A stretch of DNA of 63,478 bases, counting the filler, from an uncultured Chlamydiae bacterium (GTDB lineage Bacteria > Chlamydiota > Chlamydiia > Chlamydiales > SM23-39): assembly GCA_937899275.1 (NCBI GenBank). It is 10 parts of 10 records of this genome, joined end to end, with 100 filler letters (N's around TTAATTAATTAA, not from the genome) between each part and the next. Parts side by side here need not be neighbours in the genome. Positions count along the whole stretch, not along the records: positions 55,456 to 61,789 come from CALBPE010000115.1; positions 61,890 to 63,478 come from CALBPE010000117.1; 8 more parts are not named here. One strand, written 5' to 3'. The notes under the pieces were generated by a model, which saw nothing but the letters and a program-made list of their open reading frames with translations, had not been told where the DNA came from and searched no databases. This document shows positions 59,844 to 63,478 of the stretch, piece after piece. Every line of letters starts with the position of its first letter. Positions within the stretch are counted from its first letter, which is position 1. Both the position numbers and the translations under genes were made by a program.

Positions 59844-61789
59844 CTAGGCTGTTTCAGGGTTTGGATCGCGCCATTTTTTTATCGCATCATCGATCGATTG
59901 TTGCACATCTTCGTGCGCTTTTTCGATCTCTTCCATAGATAATGTTCGTTCTTTAGATTGATAAACAAAGCGGATCGTAAGGTGTTTTATGTTTTCTTCA
60001 GGCTTTTGAAAAAGATCGATAACCGAGGCATTTTGTAAGAGGGGACAAGAGGCCGATTGTAGAGCTTTTTCTATGTACCCATAAGGCATGAGCGCGGATA
60101 CAGAACATGTTTTATCTCGAAAAGATGAGGGAAAAGAAGAAGGGGAGATGACCATCTCTGGAGGTTTTGATGAAGCGGTAAATAGATGCGCTAGCTGGAT
60201 TTCTGCAAAAAACACCCGCTCCTTAATCGAAAACGCTTCTAAAAGTTCTGGGTGCACTTCACCAACTACTCCAATATCTTGGCCTTTTGCAAAGATATTT
60301 GCTTGTCTTTCTGGATGCATATGGGGGTGTTTAGAAGGGGCGTAAGAAAAATTCTGGGTGGTTTTGCCTATGGCGTCGATGTAGCCTTTAATGGAAAAAA
60401 AATCGTATTTTTCAGAAGGCGGTTTCCAAAAAACCCCGTTTTTTTTGCCGGATAAAGCGATGCCAAGAACAGGCATTTCTACTGGGGTATCGTCATTCCA
60501 AAAGTGCACCTTGCTGATTTCAAAACCCTGCAAGTTGGATTGTCCTAGACGTATATTTTGCGCAATAACTTGTAGAAATGAGGGGAGCAAAGAAGCGCGT
60601 AAAACAGCGTGGTCTTCTGATTTGGCATAGAGCGTTTTGAGAAAAGCGCTTTCATCAAGCGCTTCGTGCGCTGTGATTTTTGCTATCTGCTCGCTAATTA
60701 AATCGGGGGTGATCCATTCATGTAAAGAAAGCTGCAGGCAGATTTTTCTTAAAAACAGTGTAAAAGAAAAATAGGGATCGTGGTGTATTTTCCCCAGCTG
60801 TTTGGTAGGGATACTTCCTAGAGGGGTGTCTACTGGGGTAATAGGAGTAATAGGGGTAGAGGGAAGGTGGTCATAGCCGTAAAGCCGCGCGATTTCTTCA
60901 ATGAGATCGATTTCAGCTAGCAGATCATTGCGAAAAGAGGGAATAGAAATAGCGGAGGTGTTCGCGTCTTTTGCAGTGATTTTCATGCCGAGACGCGTTA
61001 ATAGCTCGTCTATTTCAGCCGCGCTTAAAGCAGCGCCTAAAATCTGATTGACCCGGCTTTTTCTAAGTGAGACGCTCCGCAAAGAAACATCTGGGCTTGA
61101 GGTAAAGATAGGGCCTTCACATGTTCCGCCTGCGATTTTTTGTAGAAGGTGGGTTGCCATTTCTAGGGCTAATACTGCAGCGTTGGGATCGATGCCTTTT
61201 TCGAAGCGCAGCGCGCTTTCAGAGCGTAAATCAACTGCTTGCATCGTTTTACGGATTTTTTGCGGGTTAAAAGTCGCAGCTTCTAGTAGTACAGCTTGGG
61301 TGTTTTTTGTGACGCTAGAGTCTAAGCTGCCCATAATTCCTGCAATAGCTAGGCATGTGTCTTTTGCGTATATACCGATGGATCCTGCAGGGACTTTCTT
61401 GGTTGCGCCATCTAATAAATGGATGGATTCTCCAAGTTATCTTTTGATCGATATAGGCTCCTCGATGGCAGCATAATCAAATGCGTGCATGGGCTGACCT
61501 GTGGCTAACATTACGTAGTTGAGCACATCAACAATGGGGTTAAAAGAGCCAAAGCCCGCTTTTTCTAAAACTAAACGGAGCCAAAAAGGGGTTTTGACAG
61601 GCTGTAAATTGGTCATCACAGCGTAGCTATACCGGGGACAGTCCTTGGGATCTTCAATGTAAGGTTGAAAAATAGCGGTTTTTCCACTGGAGGTTTTTGC
61701 AGCCATATCTACAGCGTGTAAAGGCAGTTTGAAATAAGCGCTGAGCTCTCTTGCGATGCCAAGGGCGCTTTGGCAATGTCCTAAATTGG
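59844..61789 (-). CDS. pheT: Phenylalanine-tRNA ligase beta subunit (5' partial; in-frame TAA at 61437-61439)
   Basis: NLGHCQSALGIAREL, GQPMHAFD, AGIMG, RFEKGID, DLIEEIARLYGYD, FDX-ACB tail. One frame across the TAA. Confidence 0.95.
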
Positions 61790-61889
61790 NNNNNNNNNNN
61801 NNNNNNNNNNNNNNNNNNNNNNNNNNNNNNNNNTTAATTAATTAANNNNNNNNNNNNNNNNNNNNNNNNNNNNNNNNNNNNNNNNNNNN
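61790..61889. other. Artificial contig-joining linker
   Basis: N-TTAATTAATTAA-N spacer. Confidence 0.98.
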
Positions 61890-62660
61890 AAAATCAAAAA
61901 AGGGGACTTACATACCCCAATTTTTCTTTCCACCAATGATGAATTTCACCAGCTGGCCCATTCAATGGATGAGATGCGTAAAGGTCTTTTAGAAAGAGAC
62001 CATATTAAAAAGACGTTTTCAAGATACGTATCTAAACCTGTTTTAGACAAAATTTTAGAAGAAAAAGCAGAGATATCACTGCAGGGGGAAAGCCGAAAAA
62101 TCACGGTGCTTTTTGCAGATATTAGAGGATTTACCAAGCTGGCAGAAGACCTTTGTCCTGAAAAAGTGGTTTGTCTTCTAAATGAGTATTTCGGTTATAT
62201 GCTTGATACAATTTTTGCGCATAAAGGAACTTTAGATAAGTTTATTGGTGATGGGATTATGGTTGAGTTTGGCTCACCTTTGCATGATCCCGATCAGGAA
62301 AAACGTGCGGTGAATTGCGCTATTGCTATGCAAAAAACCATCGCATTTTTGTTAAAAAAATGGGCAGAAGAGAAAAAACCATTACTACAAATTGGAATTG
62401 GCATACATACTGGACATGCTATTGTTGGCAATATTGGTACAGAGGAAAGGATGGAGTATACCGCTATAGGCGACGCCGTTAATGTAGCAGCAAGAATAGA
62501 AAAAAAAACAAAGGATTTTAAAGCGCCTATTCTTGTATCTGAAGATACAAAAAGCGCTATAGAAAACGACTTTTCTTGGAAGGATTTAGGATACGTAGAA
62601 TTGCGTGGAAGAAAGCAGCCTATAAAAGTGTTTACACTCGAGCAGCGGCACTTTCTTTGA
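61890..62660 (+). CDS. HAMP-class III adenylyl cyclase (C-terminal part)
   Basis: HAMP-like IKKGDL...NDEFHQLAHSMDEM; VLFADIRGFT, DKFIGDGIM, YTAIGDAVNVAARIE. Confidence 0.9.
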   Translation, partial: KIKKGDLHTPIFLSTNDEFHQLAHSMDEMRKGLLERDHIKKTFSRYVSKPVLDKILEEKAEISLQGESRKITVLFADIRGFTKLAEDLCPEKVVCLLNEYFGYMLDTIFAHKGTLDKFIGDGIMVEFGSPLHDPDQEKRAVNCAIAMQKTIAFLLKKWAEEKKPLLQIGIGIHTGHAIVGNIGTEERMEYTAIGDAVNVAARIEKKTKDFKAPILVSEDTKSAIENDFSWKDLGYVELRGRKQPIKVFTLEQRHFL

Positions 62661-63478
62661 TAGCAGCTACCAAAGGAGCTTTTTGCCAGTTCAATAGCAC
62701 TTTACCCGATGCGCCTTTTTGCATAAGGGAAAATGCTTCGTCGATAACTTGAAAGCTTTTTTTATGAGTAATGGTAGAAGATACATCTAAACCAGCTTCG
62801 ATTAGACCAAAAACTTGATGCCAAGTGTGAAACATTTTTCTTCCATAAATACCCTGAATGGAGATTCCTTTGAAAATCAGCTGATTCATATCCACTTGAA
62901 TATTTTTAGGAAAAATACCTAAAAGAGCTAAGCTGCCTCCTGGTCGTAGGGCTTTTGCCTGCGATGCAAGGGCGTTTTCTGATCCTGACATTTCTAGACC
63001 AACATCAAATCCCTCATCAATAGGCAGCGTCGCTACCACCTCTTCTACAGAAGTTTCCATAGGATCGTAAACAAGAGATGGTTGATATTTATTGGCAATC
63101 GTTCTTCTTTCGGGGTTTGGATCACAGATAGCAATATGATTGGCACCTAGAAATTGCGCAATGAGTACAGACATCAATCCGATAGGGCCAGCTCCTGTGA
63201 TCAATACATTTTTTCCCGCTAAAGGAAAATGCGTGCAGGTATGCACAGCATTGCCTAAAGGATCTAATATAGAGGCTATATCATCGGATACGTAAGGAGG
63301 AATTTCAATGACATTATAAGCGGGAACTACGATGTATTCAGCGAAACATCCATCGATCTGAATACCTATCCCTTTGGTATAGGGACAAAGATGCATGGAG
63401 TTAGACCTACAATTTTTGCAGGTATGACAAACAACATGTCACTCCGCAGAGACGCGCATACAAGGAAAGATACCTTGT
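62632..63478 (-). CDS. tdh: L-threonine 3-dehydrogenase (5' partial; in-frame TGA at 63439-63441)
   Basis: RVSAE*HVVCHTCKNC...HLC, DPLGNAVHT, GAGPIG, EGFDVGLEMSG, IYGRKMFHTW, SGKV. Confidence 0.92.

Noticed and set aside
60820..60862. TPITPITPVDTP micro-repeat in PheT
   Set aside because: Short slippage-type expansion in a variable interdomain linker.
22136..63441. Genome-wide reassignment of TAA or TGA as sense codons
   Set aside because: Many intact genes end at TAA (pgl, lolD, ugd, ispA, suhB with TAATG coupling) or TGA (zwf, tsaD) at the expected lengths. The TGA in tdh is near the window end among other apparent errors.
1..63478. CRISPR arrays, rRNA, tRNA, prophage or defence island
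   Set aside because: No repeat-spacer pattern, RNA-gene-like intergenic sequence, phage structural genes or recognisable defence genes were seen. The SNF2 helicase sits in an ordinary chlamydial context.

Overview
This window is a pseudo-scaffold of ten separate contigs. They are joined by nine 100-nt artificial linkers (N-run, TTAATTAATTAA, N-run), so gene adjacency across a linker means nothing. Gene content and order point to an environmental member of the Chlamydiae: lplA/clpC, sctJ-K-L-R-S-T, uhpC-dnaE-bamD-lptE-rsbW-dacC, alaS-mfd, pheT-MORN-ada and gspD. Most of the window is chlamydial core genome, and no rRNA, tRNA or CRISPR array was seen. The most unusual signal is a 296-aa intein-like Hint insertion in the specificity loop (loop 2) of ribonucleotide reductase NrdA. 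It ends in His-Asn but is followed by Gly rather than Cys/Ser/Thr. Other signals of note are a cNMP-binding/CPBP intramembrane protease fusion, a HAMP-class III adenylyl cyclase, three tandem TagB/TagF-like glycerophosphotransferases, and dnaE split at an in-phase A AAA AAG slippery site. An effector-like patch behind dacC holds an Inc-like gene between 170-bp direct repeats, an IS3 relic and an ankyrin protein with a recent 327-bp duplication. A lipoprotein/MORN module also occurs twice. The consensus looks error-prone: there are in-frame stops in alaS, sctK, mutY, pheT and tdh, clustered G-to-T changes, an internal deletion in folD, and a high-GC miaA fragment fused to mfd. Single-base claims therefore need read-level confirmation.
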